Shown here in pieces: positions 45,701 through 60,500 of a DNA stretch of 64,000 bases (position 1 is the stretch's first letter; each line of letters begins with the position of its first letter). The position numbers were made by a program, and so were the translations under genes. Source of the DNA: Eledone cirrhosa (Eukaryota); assembly GCA_964016885.1 (NCBI GenBank), contig OZ024742.1, positions 5,828,001 through 5,892,000 of the forward strand, in the 5' to 3' direction. The notes beneath the pieces are model-generated. The model worked only from the letters and a program-made list of their open reading frames with translations. It made no database searches and had not been told where the DNA came from.

Positions 45701-48700
45701 ACAGTCTAGCACAACTACTATACTATATATTTAAATCTGGAGGGGCAGATCAGCATGGCACAACTACCATACTATATATTTAGATCTGCAGGGGCAAAAG
45801 AGCCTGGCACAACTACCATACTATATATTTAGATCTGGAGGGACAGAACAGTCAGGAACCACTACCATACTATATATTTAGATCTGGAGGGGTAGAAGAG
45901 CCTGGCACAACTACCATCATTTATATTTAAATCTGGACGGGCAGAACAGCTTGGCATATCTACCATACTATATATTTAGATCTGGAGGTGGGAGTACAGC
46001 CAGGCACAACTACCATACTATATATTTAGATCTGGAAGTGGAAGAAGAGCCTGGCACAACTACCATACTATATATTTAGATCTGGAGGGGCAGAACAACC
46101 TGGCACAACTACCATACTATACATTTAGATCTGGAGGGGTAGAACAGCTTGTCATAACTACCATACTATATATTTAGATCTGGAGGGGCAGAACAGTCTG
46201 GCACAACTACTATACTATATATTTAGATCTGGAGGGGCAGAACAGCCTGGCACAAGTACCATACTATATATTTAGATCTGGAGGGGCAGAACAGCTTGGC
46301 ACAACTACCATACTATATATTTAGATCTGGAGAGGAGGAACAACCTGGCACAACTACCATACTATATATTTAGATCTGGAGGGGCAGAACAGCATAACAC
46401 AACTACCATACTATATATTTAGATCTGGAGGGACAGAACAGCCTGGCACAAGTACCATACTATATATTTAGATCTGAAAGGGGCAGAACATCCTGTCATA
46501 ACTACCATACTATACATTTAGATCTGGAGGGTTAGAACAGTTTGGCATAACTACCATACTATATATTTAGATCTGGAGGGGCAGAACACACTGGCACAAC
46601 TACTATCTATATATTTAGATCTGGAGGGACAGAACAGCATGGCACAACTACCATACTATATATTTAAATCTGGATGGGCAGAATAACCTGGCACAAATAC
46701 CATACTATATATTTAGATCTGGAGGTGGGAGTACAGCCTGGCACAACTACCATACTATATATTTAAATCTGGAGGGGCAGAACAGTCTGGCACAACTACC
46801 ATACTATATATTTAGATCTGGTTGTGGAAGAAGAGCCTGGCACAACTAACATACTATATATTTAGATCTGGAGGGGCAGAACAGCTTGGCACAACTACCA
46901 TACTATATATTTATATCTGGCGGTGGAAGAACAACCTGGCACAACTACCATACTATATATTTAGATCTGGAGGTGGAAGAACAACCTGGCACAACTACCA
47001 TTCTATATATTTATATCTGGAGGGGCAGAACAGTCTGGTATAACTACCATTCTATATATTTAGATCTGGAGGGGCAGAACAGCCTGGCACAACTACCATA
47101 CTATACATTTAGATCTGGAAGGGTAGAACAGCTTGGCACAACTACCATATTATATATTTAGATCTGAAAGGGGCAGAACAGCCTGGCATAACTACCATAC
47201 TATATATTTAGATCTGGAGGGGCAGAACAGCCTGGCACAAGTACCATACTATATATTTAGATCTGAAAGGGGCAGAAGAGCCTGGCATAACTACCATACT
47301 ATATATTTAGATCTGGAGGAGCAGAACAGCTTGACACAACTACCATACTATATATTTAGATCTGGAGGTGCCGAACAACTTGACACAACTACCATACTAT
47401 ACATTTAGATCTGGAGGGGTAGAACAGCTTGGCATAACTACCATACTATATATTTAGATCTGGAGGGGCAGAAGAGTCTGGCACAACTACTATACTATAT
47501 ATTTAGATCTAGAGGGGGAGAACAGCCTGGTATAACTACCATACTAAATATTTATATCTGGAGGGGCAGAACAGCTTGGCACAACTACCATACTATATAT
47601 TGATATCTGGAGGGGCAGAACAAGCTGGAACAACTACCATACGATGCATTTAGATCTGGAAGGGTAGAACAGCTTGGCATAACTACCATACTATATATTT
47701 AGATCTGGAGGGGCAGAACAGTCTGGCACAACTACTATACTATATATTTAGATCTGGAGGGGCAGAACAGCATGGCACAACTACCATACTATATATTTAA
47801 ATCTGGAGGGGCAGAACAGCTTGGCACAACAACCATACTATATATTTAGATCTAGAGGTGGGAGTACAGCCTGGCACAACTGCCATACTTTATATTTAGA
47901 TCTGGAGGTGGTAGTACAGCCTGGCACAACTACCATACTATATATTTAGATTTGGAGGTGGAAGAAGAGCCTGGCACAACTACCATACTATATATTTATA
48001 TCTGACGGTGGAAGAACAACCTGGCACAACTACCCTACAATATATTTAGATCTGGAGGGGCAGAACAGCATAACACAACTACCATACTATATATTTAGAT
48101 CTGGAGGGGCAGAACAGCATGGCACAACTACCATAATATATATTTAGATCTGGAGTGGCAGAACAGTTGGCACATCTACCATACTGTATATTTAGATCTG
48201 GAGGGGAAGAACAACCTGGCACAACTACCATACTATATATTTAGATCTGAAAGGGGCAGAACATCCTGGCATAACTACCATACTATATATTTAGATCTGG
48301 AGGGGCAGAACAGCATGGCACAACTACCATAATATATATTTAAATCGGGAGGGGCAGAATAACCTGGCACAAATACCATACTATATATTGAGATCTGGAG
48401 GTGGGAGTACAGCCTGGCACAACTACCATACTATATATTTAAATCTGGAGGGGTAGAACAGCTTGGCACAACTACCATACTATATATTTAGATCTGGAGG
48501 TGGAAGAAGAGTCTGGCACAACTACCATACATTATATTTAGATCTGGAGGGGCAGAACAGCTTAGCACAACAACCATACTATATATTTAGATCTAGAGGT
48601 GGGAGTACAGCCTGGCACAACTGCCATACTTTATATTTAGATCTGGAGGTGGGAGTACAGCCTGGCACAACTACCATACTATATATTTAGATTTGGATGT

Positions 48701-50330
48701 GGAAGAAGAGCCTGGCACAACTACCATACTATATATTTATATCTGGCGGTGGAAGAACAACCTGGCACAACTACCCTACTATATATTTTGATGTGGAGGG
48801 GCAGAACAGCATAACACAACTACTATACTATATATTTAGATCTGGAGGGGCAGAACAGCCTGGCACAAGTACCATACTATATATTTAGATCTGGAGTGGC
48901 AGATCAGTTGGCACAACTACCATACTGTATATTTAGATCTGGAGGGGAAGAACAACCTGGCACAACTACCATTCTATATATTTAGATCTGGAGGGGCAGA
49001 ACAGCATAACACAACTACCATACTATATATTTAGATCTGGAGAGGCAGAACAGCCTGGCACAACTACCATACTATATATTTAGATCTGAAAGTGGCAGAA
49101 CAGCCTGGCATAACTACCATACTATATATTTAGATCTGGAGGGGCAGAACAGCTTGGCACAACTACCATACTATATATTTAGATCTGGTGCGGCAGAACA
49201 ACCTAGCACAACTACCATACTATACATTTAGATCTGGAGGGGTAGAACAGCTTGGCATAACTACCATACTATATATTTAGATCTGGAGGGGCAGAACAGT
49301 CTGGCACAACTACTATACTATATATTTAGATCTGGAGGGGCAGAACAGCATGGCACAACTACCATAATATATATTTAAATCTGGAGGGGCAGAATAACCT
49401 GGCACAAATACCATACTATATATTGAGATCTGGATGTGGAAGTACAGCCTGGCACAACTACCATACTATATATTTAAATCTGGAGGAGCAGAACAGTCTG
49501 GCACAACTACCATACAATATATTTAGATCTGGAGGTGGAAGAAAAGCCTGGCACATCTACCATACTATATATTTAGATCTGGAGGGGAAGAACAGCCTGG
49601 CACAACTACCATAATATATATTTATATCTGGAGGGTTAGAACAACCTGGCACAATTACCATACTATATTTTTAGATCTGGAGGGGCAGAACGGCTTGGCA
49701 CAACTACCATACTATATATTTATATCTGGCGGTGGAAGAACAACCTGGCACAACTACCATACTATATATTTAGATCTGGAGGTGGAAGAACAACCTGGCA
49801 CAAATACCATATTGTATATTTAGATCTGGAGTGGCAGGACAGCCTGGCACAACTACCATACTATACATTTAGATCTGGAGGGGCAGAACAGACTGGCATA
49901 ACTACCATATTATATATTTAGATCTGGAGTGGCAGAACAGCCTGGCACAACTTGCATACTATATATTTAGATCTGGAGAGGCAGAACAACTTGGCACAAC
50001 TACCATACTATACATTTAGATCTGGAAGGGCCAGAACAGCCTGGCATAACTACCATACTATATAATTAGATCTGGAGGGGCAGAATAGCCTGGCACAAGT
50101 ACCATACTATATATTTAGATCTGGAGAGGCAGAACAACCTGGCACAACTACAATACTATACATTTAGATCTGGAGGGGTAGAACAGATTGGCATAACTGC
50201 CATACTAAATATTTAGATCTGCAGGGGCAGAACAGCTTGGCACAACTAACATTCTATATATTTAGATCTGGAGGGGCAGAACAGCATAACACAACTACCA
50301 TACTATATATTTAGATCTGGAGAGGCAGAA

Positions 50331-51553
50331 CAGCCTGGCACAACTATCCATACTATATATTTAGATCTGGAGGGGCAGAACAACCTGGCACAACTACCAT
50401 ACTATACATTTAGAGCTGGAGGGGTAGAACAGCTTGGCACAACTACCATACTATATATTTAGATCTGGAGGGCAGAACAGTCTGGCACAACTACTATACT
50501 ATATATTTAGATCTGGAGAGGCAGAACAGCATGGCACAACTACCATACTATATATTCAAATCTGGAGGGGCAGAATAACCTAGCACAAATACCATACTAT
50601 ATATTTAGATTTGGTGGTGGTAGTACAGCCTCGCACAACTACCATACTATATATTTAAATCTGGAGGGGCAGAATAACCTGGCACAACTACCATACTATA
50701 TATATTTAGATCTGGAGGTGGAAGAAGAGCCTGGCACAACTACCATACTATATATTTAGATCTGAAGGGGTAGAACAGCTTGGAACAATTACCATATTAT
50801 ATATTTAGATCTGGAGTGGCAGAACAGTCTGGCACCACTATCATACTATATATTTAGATCTGGAGGGGCAGAAGAGCCTGGCACAACTACCATACTATAT
50901 ATTTAAATCTGGAGGGGTAGAACAGCTTGGCACAACTACCATACTATATATTTAGATCTGGAGGTGGAAGAAGAGCCTGGCACAACTACCATACTTTATA
51001 TTTAGATCTGGAGGTGCGAGTACAGCCTGGCACAACTACCATACTATACATTTGGACCTGGATGTGGAAGAAGTGCCTGGCAAAACTAACATACATATAT
51101 TTAGATCTGGAGGTGGGAGTAGAGCCTGGCACAACTACCATAATATATATTTAAATCAGGAGGGGCAGAATAACCTGGCACAACTAGCATACTATATATT
51201 AAAATCTGGAGGGGTAGAACAACCTGGCACAATCACCATACTATATATTTAGATCTGGAGCGGCAGAACAGCCTGGCACAAGTACCATACTATTTATTTA
51301 GATCTGGAGGGGCAGAACAGCTTGGCACAACTACCATACTATATATTTAAATCTGGAGGGGCAGAATAACCTAGCACAACTACCATACTATATATTTAGA
51401 TCTGGAGGTGGAAGAAGAGCCTGGCACGACTACCATACTAAATATTTAGATCTGGAGAGGCAGAACAGCCTGGCACAAGTACCATACTATTTATTTAGAT
51501 CTGGAGGGGCAGAACAGCTTGGCACAACTACCATACTATATATTTATATCTGT
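50331..51553 (+). repeat. ~1.2-kb block repeated non-adjacently at ~58052-59274 and partly at ~61790-62660
   Basis: CAGCCTGGCACAACTATCCA at 50331/58052 and TCGCACAACT at 50631/58352/62048 (+7721, then +3696). ORFs 58785/62481 are also +3696. Confidence 0.88.
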
Positions 51554-54500
51554 AGGGGCAGAAGAGCCTGGCACAGATACCATAATATATATCTACATCT
51601 GGAGGGGCAGATCAGCCTGGCACAACTAGCATACTATATATTTAGATCTGGAGGGGCAGAACAACCTGGCACAGCTACCATACTATATATTTAGATTTAG
51701 ACGTGGAAGAAGAGCCTGTCACAACTACCCTACTATATATTTAGATCTGGAGGGGCAGAAAAGCCTGGCACTACTACCATACTATATATTTAGATCTGGA
51801 GGTGGAAGAACAATCTGGCATAACTACCATACTATATATTTAGATCTGGAGGGGCAGAACAGTCTGGCACAACTACTATACTATATATTTAGATCTGGAG
51901 GGGCAGAACAGCATGGCACAACTACAATACTATATATTTAGATCTGGAGAGGCAGAACAGCATGGCACAAATACCATACTATATATTTAGATCTGGACGG
52001 GTAGAACAACCTGGCACAATTACCAAACTATATATTTAGATCTGGAGGGGCAGAACAGCATAACACAACTGCCATACTATATATTTAGATCTGGAGGGGC
52101 AGATTAGCCTGGCACAAGTACCATACTATATATTTAGATCTGGAGGTGCAGAACAGCTTGGCACAACTACCATACTATGTATTTATATCTGTCGGTGGAA
52201 GAACAACCTGGCAAAACTACCATACTATATATGTAGATCTGGAGGGGCAGAACAGCCTGGCACAACTACCCTACTATATATTTAGATCTGGAGGGGCAGA
52301 ACAGCCTGGCACAACTACCATACTATATATTTAGATCTGGAGGGGCAGAAGAGCCTTGGATAACTACCATAGTATATATTTAGTTCTGGAGGGGCAGAAG
52401 AGACTTGGATAACTACCATACTATATATTTAAATCTGGAGGGGCAGAATAACCTGGCACAACTACCATACTATATATTTAGATCTGGAGGAGCAGAAGAA
52501 CCTGGCACAACTACCATACTATATATTTAGATCTGGAGGTGGAAGAAAAACCTGGCACAACTACCATACTATATATTTAGATCTGGAGGGGCAGAACAGC
52601 CTGGCACAACTACCATACTATATATTTAGAATTGTAGGGGCAGAACAGCCTGGCATAACTACCATACTATATATTTAGATCTGGAGGGGTGGAACAGCTT
52701 GGCACAACTACCATACTATATATTTAGATTTGCAGGGGAAGAACTGTCTGACACAAATACTGTACTATATATTTAGATCTGGAGGGGCAGAACAGCATGG
52801 CACAACTGCCATACTATATATTTAGATCTGTAGGGGCAGAATAGTCTTGCTCAACTACCATACTATATATTTTGATCTGGAGCTGTAGAACAGCTTGGTA
52901 TAATTACCATATTATATATTTAGATCTGGAGGGGCAGAACACTCTGGCACCACTACCATACTATATATATAAATCTGGAGGGGCAAAAGATCCTGGCACA
53001 ACTACCATACTATATATTTAAATCTGGAGGTTCAGAACAGCTTGGCACAACTACCATATTATATATTTACATTTGGAGGTGGAAGAAGAGCCTGGCACAA
53101 CTACCATATTTTATATTTAGATCTGGAGGTGGGAGTACAGCCTGGCACAACTACGATACTATATATTTAGATCTGGAGGTGGGAGTACAGCCTGGCACAA
53201 CTACCATACTATATATTTAAATCTGGAGGGGCAGAATAACCTGGCACAACTAGCAAACTATATATTTAGATCTGGAGGTGGAAGAAGTGCCTGGCACAAC
53301 TACCATACTATATATTTAGATCTGGAGGGGTAGAACAACCTGGCACAATTACCATACTATATATTTGGATCTGGAGGGGCAGAACAGCCTAACAAAACTA
53401 CCATACTATATATTTAGATCTGAAGGGGCAGAACAGCCTGGCACAAGTACCATACTATATATTTGGATCTGGAGGGGCAGAACAGCCTAACAAACCTACC
53501 ATACTATATATTTAGATCTGAAGGGGCAGAACAGCCTGGCACAAGTACCATACTATATATTTAAATCTGGAGGGGTAGAACAGCTTTGCACAACTACCAT
53601 ACTATATACTTAGATCTGGAGGGGAATAACAGCCTGGCACAACTACCATACTATATATTTAGATCTGGAGGGGTAGAACAACCTGGCACAATTACCATAC
53701 TATATATTTAGAACTGGAGGGGCAGAACAGCATAACACAACTACCATACTATATATTTAAATCTAGAGGAGTAGAACAGCCTGGCACAAGTACCATACTA
53801 TATATTTAGATCTGGAGGTGCAGAACAGCTTGGCACAACTACCATACTATATATTTATATCTGGAGGGTCAGAACAACCTGGCACAACTACCATACTATA
53901 CATTTAGATCTCGAGGGGTAGAACAGTCTGGCACCACTACCATACTATATACTTAGATCTGGAGGGAAATAACAGCCTGGCATAACTACCATACTATATA
54001 TTTAGATCTGGAGGGGTAGAACAACCTGGCACAATTACCATACTATATATTTAGAACTGGAGGGGCAGAACAGCATAACACAACTACTATACTATATATT
54101 TAGATCTGTAGGGGCAGAAGTGCCTGGCACAACTACCATATTATATATTTAGATCTGGAAAGGTAGAACAGCTTGGCACAATTACCATACTATATATTTA
54201 GATCTGGAGGGGCAGAAGAGCCTTGGATAACTACCATACTATATAATTAAATCTGGAGGGAAAGAATAACCTGGCACAACTAGCATATTATATATTTAGA
54301 TCTGGAGGAGAAGAAGAGCCTGGCACAACTACCATACTATATATTTAGATCTGGAGGGCCAGAACAACCTGACACAACTAGCATATATATATTTAGATCT
54401 GGAGGGGCAGTACAGCCTGGCACAACTACCATACTATATATTTAGATCTGGAGGGCAGAACAGCCTGGCAAAGTACCATACTATATATTTAGATCTGGAG

Positions 54501-57500
54501 CGGCAGAACATCTTGGCACAACTACAATACTATATATTTAGATCTGGAGGTGGAAGAAAAACATGGCACAACTACCATACTATATATTTAGATCTGGAGG
54601 TGGAAAACAGCCTGGCCCAACTACCATACTATATATTTAGATCTGGAGGGGCAGAACAGCCTGGCACAACTACCATACTATACATTTAGATCTGGAGGGG
54701 TAGAATAGCTTGGCACAACTAACATACTATATATTTAGATCTAGAGGGGCAGAACAGTCTGGCACAACTACTATAATATATATTTAGATCTGGAGGGGCA
54801 GAACAGCATGGCACAACTTCCATACTATATATTTAGATCTGGAGGTGGAAGAAGAGCCTGGCACAACTACCATACTATATATTTAGATATGGAGAGGCAG
54901 AACAGCCTGGCACAAGTACCATACTATATATTTAGATCTGGAGGGGCAGAACAGCTTGGCACAACTACCATACTATATATTTATATCTGTCGTTGGAAGA
55001 ACAATCTGGCACAACTACCATACTATATATTTAGATCTGGAGGGCCAGAAGAGCCTGGTACAACTACCCTACTATATATTTAGAGCTGGAGGGGTAGAAC
55101 AGCTTGGCACAACAACCATACTATATATATAGATCTGGAGGGCAGAACAGCATGGCACAACTACCATACTATATATTTAAATCTGGAGGGGCAGAATAAC
55201 CTGGCACAAATACCATACTATATATTTAGATCTGGTGGTGGCAGTACAGCCTGGCACAACTACCATACAATATATTGAAATCTGGAGGGCCAGAATAACC
55301 TGGCACAACTACCATGCTATATATTTAGATCTGGAGGTGGGAGTAGAGCCTGGCACAACTACCATAATATATATTTAAATCAGGAGGGGCAGAATAACCT
55401 GGCACAACTAGCATACTATATATTTAAATCTGGAGGGGTAGAACAACCTGGCACAATCACCATACTATATATTTAGATCTGGAGCGGCAGAACAGCATAA
55501 CACAACTACCATACTATATATTTATATCTGGAGAGGCAGAACAGCCTGGCACAAGTACCATACTATATATTTAGATCTGGAGAGGCAGAACAGCTTTGCA
55601 CAACTACCATACTATATATTTATATCTGTCAGTGGAAGAACAATCTGGCATAACTACCATACTATATGTTTAGATCTGGAGGGCCAGAATAGCCTGGCAC
55701 AACTACCCTACTATATATTTAGATCTGGAGAGGCAGAACGACCTGGCACAACTACCATACAATATATTTAGATCTGGAGGGGCAGAATAACCTGGCACAA
55801 CTACCATACTATATATTTAGATCTGTAGGGGCAGAAGTGCCTGGCACAACTACCATACTATATATTTTGATCTGGAGGGCTAGAACAGCTTGGCACAATT
55901 ACCATAATATATATTTAGATCTGGAGGGGCAGAACAGTCTGGCACCACTACCATACTAGATATTTAGATCTGGAGGGACAGAAGAGCCTTGGATAACTAC
56001 CATACTATATATTTAAGTCTGGAGGGGAAGAATAACCTGGCACAACTACCATACTATATATTTAGATCTGGAGGGGCAGAAGAGGCTGGCACAACTACCA
56101 TACTATATATTTAGATCTGGAGGGCCAGAACAACCTGACACAACTAGCATATATATATTTAGATCTGGAGGGGCAATACAGCCTGGCACAACTACCAGAA
56201 TATATATTTAGATCTGGAGGGGCAGAACAGCCTAACACAACTACCATACTATATATTTAGATCTGGAGGGACAGAATAGCCTGGCACAAGTACCATACTA
56301 TATATTTAGATCTGGAGCGGCAGAACAACTTGGCACAACTACTATACTATATATTTAGATCTGGAGGTGCAGAACAGCATGGCACAACTACCATACTATA
56401 TATTTAAATCTGGAGGGGTAGAATAACCTGGCACAAATAGCATACTATATATTTAGATCTGGAGGTGGAAGAAGACCCTGGCTCGACTACCATACTATAC
56501 ATTTAGATCTGTCGGTGGAAGAACAATCTGGCACAACTACCATACTATATATTTAGATCTGGAGGGCCAGCAGAGCCTGGCACAACTACCCTACTATATA
56601 TTTAGATCTGGAGGGGCAGAACAGCCTGGCACAACTATCCATACTATATATTTAGATCTGGAGGGGCAGAACAACCTGGCACAACTACCATACTATACAT
56701 TTAGATCTGGAGAGGTAGAACAGCTTGGCACAACTACCATACTATATATTTAGATCTGGAGAGGCTGAACAGTCTGGCACAACTACTATACTATACATCT
56801 AGATCTGGAGGGGGAGAACAGCATGGCACAACTACCATACTATATATTTAAATCTGAAGGGGCAGAATAACCTGGCACAAATACCATACTATATATTTAG
56901 ATCTGGTGGTGGGAGTACAACCTGGCACAACTACTATGCTATATATTTAAATCTGGAGGGGCAGAATAACCTAGCACAACTACCATAATATATATTTAGA
57001 TCTGGAGGTGAAAGAAGGACCTGGCAAAACTACCATACTATATATTTAGATATGGAGGGGAAGAACTGCCTGGCACAACTACTATACTATATATTTAGAT
57101 CTGGAGGGGTAGAACAGCTTGGAACAATTACCATATTATATATTTAGATCTGGAGTGGCAGAAAAGTCTGGCACCACTACCATACTATATATTTAAATCT
57201 GGAGAGGGAGAAGAGCCTGGCACAAATACCATACTATATATTTAAATCTGGAGGGGCAGAACAGCTTGGCACAACTACCATACTATATATTTAGATCTGG
57301 AGGTGGAAGAAGAGCCTGGCACAACTACCATACTTTATATTTAGATCTGGAGGTGGGAGTACAGCCTGGCACAACTACCATACTATATATTTAGACCTGG
57401 AGGTGGGAGAAATGCCTGGCAAAACTACCATACATATATTTAGATCTGGAGGTGGGAGTACAGCCTGGGACAACTACCATAATATATATTTAAATCTTGA

Positions 57501-60500
57501 GGGGGAGAATAACCTGGCACAACTAGCATACTATATATTTATATCTGGAGGTGGAAGAAGACCCTGGCACAACTACCATACTATATATTTAGATCTGGAC
57601 GGGTAGAACAAACTGGCACAATTACCATACTATAATTTTGGATCTGGAGGGGCAGAACAGCCTAACACAACTACCATACTATATATTTAGATCTGGAGGC
57701 GCAGAAGAGCCTGGCACAACTACCATACTATATATTTAGATCTGGAGGTAAAAGAACAACCTGGAACAACTACCATACTATATATTTAGAATTGGAGGGG
57801 CAGAACAGCCTGGCATAACTACCTTACTATATATTTAGATCTGGAGGGGCAGAACAGCCTGGAACAAGTACCATACTATATATTTATATCTGGAGGGGCA
57901 GAACAGCTTGGCACAACTACCATACTATATATTTATATCTGTCGGTGGAAGAACAATCTGGCACAACTACCATACTATATATTTAGATCTGGAAGGCCAG
58001 AAGAGCCTGGCACAACTACCCTACTATATATTTAGATCTGGAGGGGCAGAACAGCCTGGCACAACTATCCATACTATATATTTAGATCTGGAGGGGCAGA
58101 ACAACCTGGCACAACTACCATACTATACATTTAGAGCTGGAGGGGTAGAACAGCTTGGCACAACAACCATACTATATATTTAGATCTGGAGGGCAGAACA
58201 GTCTGGCACAACTACTATACTATATATTTAGATCTGGAGAGGCAGAACAGCATGGCACAACTACCATACTATATATTCAAATCTGGAGGGGCAGAATAAC
58301 CTAGCACAAATACCATACTATATATTTAGATCTGGTGGTGGTAGTACAGCCTCGCACAACTACCATACTATATATTTAAATCTGGAGGGGCAGAATAACC
58401 TGGCACAACTACCATACTATATATATTTAGATCTGGAGGTGGAAGAAGAGCCTGGCACAACTACCATACTATATATTTAGATCTGAAGGGGTAGAACAGC
58501 TTGGAACAATTACCATATTATATATTTAGATCTGGAGTGGCAGAACAGTCTGGCACCACTATCATACTATATATTTAGATCTGGAGGGGCAGAAGAGCCT
58601 GGCACAACTACCATACTATATATTTAAATCTGGAGGGGTAGAACAGCTTGGCACAACTACCATACTATATATTTAGATCTGGAGGTGGAAGAAGAGCCTG
58701 GCACAACTACCATACTTTATATTTAGATCTGGAGGTGCGAGTACAGCCTGGCACAACTACCATACTATATATTTAGACCTGGATGTGGAAGAAGTGCCTG
58801 GCAAAACTAACATACATATATTTAGATCTGGAGGTGGGAGTAGAGCCTGGCACAACTACCATAATATATATTTAAATCAGGAGGGGCAGAATAACCTGGC
58901 ACAACTAGCATACTATATATTAAAATCTGGAGGGGTAGAACAACCTGGCACAATCACCATACTATATATTTAGATCTGGAGCGGCAGAACAGCCTGGCAC
59001 AAGTACCATACTATTTATTTAGATCTGGAGGGGCAGAACAGCTTGGCACAACTACCATACTATATATTTAAATCTGGAGGGGCAGAATAACCTAGCACAA
59101 CTACCATACTATATATTTAGATCTGGAGGTGGAAGAAGAGCCTGGCACGACTACCATACTATATATTTAGATCTGGAGAGGCAGAACAGCCTGGCACAAG
59201 TACCATACTATTTATTTAGATCTGGAGGGGCAGAACAGCTTGGCACAACTACCATACTATATATTTATATCTGTCGGTGGAAGAACAATCTGGCACAACT
59301 ACCATACTATATATTTAGATCTGGAGGGCCAGAAGAGCCTGGCACAACTACCCTACTATATATTTAGATCTGGAGGGGCAGAACAGCCTGGCACAACTAT
59401 CCATACTATATATTTAGATGTGGAGGGGCAGAACAACCTGGCACAACTACCATACTATACATTTAGATCTGGAGAGGTAGAACAGCCTGGCACAACTATC
59501 AATACTATATATTTAGATGTGGAGGGGCAGAACAACCTGGCACAACTACCATACTATATATCTAGATCTGGAGGGGCTGAACAGTCTGGCACAACCACTA
59601 TACTATATATCTAGATCTGGAGGGGGAGAACAGCATGGCACAACTACCATACTATATATTTAAATCTGGAGGGGCAGAATAACCTGGCACAAATACCATA
59701 CTATATATTTAGATCTAGTAGTGGGAGTACAGCCTGGCACAACTACCATACTATATATTTAAATCTGGAGGGGAAGAATAACCTAGCACAACTACCATAC
59801 TATATATTTAGATCTGGAGGTGGAAGAAGGACCTGGCACAACTATCATACTATATATTTAGATCTGGAGGGGAAGAACTGCCTGGCACAACTACTATACT
59901 ATATATTTAGATCTGGAGGGGCAGAACAGCTTAGCACAACTACCATGCTATATATTTAGATCTGTAGGGGCAGAAGAGCCTGGCACAACTACCATACTAT
60001 ATATTTAGATCTGGAGGGTTAGAACAGCTTGGAACAATTACCATATTATATATTTAGATCTGGAGTGGCAGAACAGTCTGGCACCGCTACCATACTATAT
60101 ATTTAAATCTGGAGAGGCAGAAGAGCCTGGCACAACTACCATACTATATATTTAAATCTGGAGGGAAAGAACAGCTTTGCACAACTACCATACTATATAT
60201 TTAGATCTGGAGGTGGAAGAAGAGCCTGGCACAACTACCATACTTTATATTTAGATCTGTAGGTGGGAGTACAGCCTGGCACAACTATCATACTATATAT
60301 TTAGACCTGGAGGTGGGAGAAGTGCCTGGCAAAACTACCATACATATATTTAGATCTGGAGGTGGGAGTACAGCCTGGGACAACTACCAAAATATATATT
60401 TAAATCTGGAGGGGGAGAATAACCTGGCACAACTATCATACTATATATTTATATTTGGAGGTGGAAGAAGACCCTGGCACAACTACCATACTATATATTT

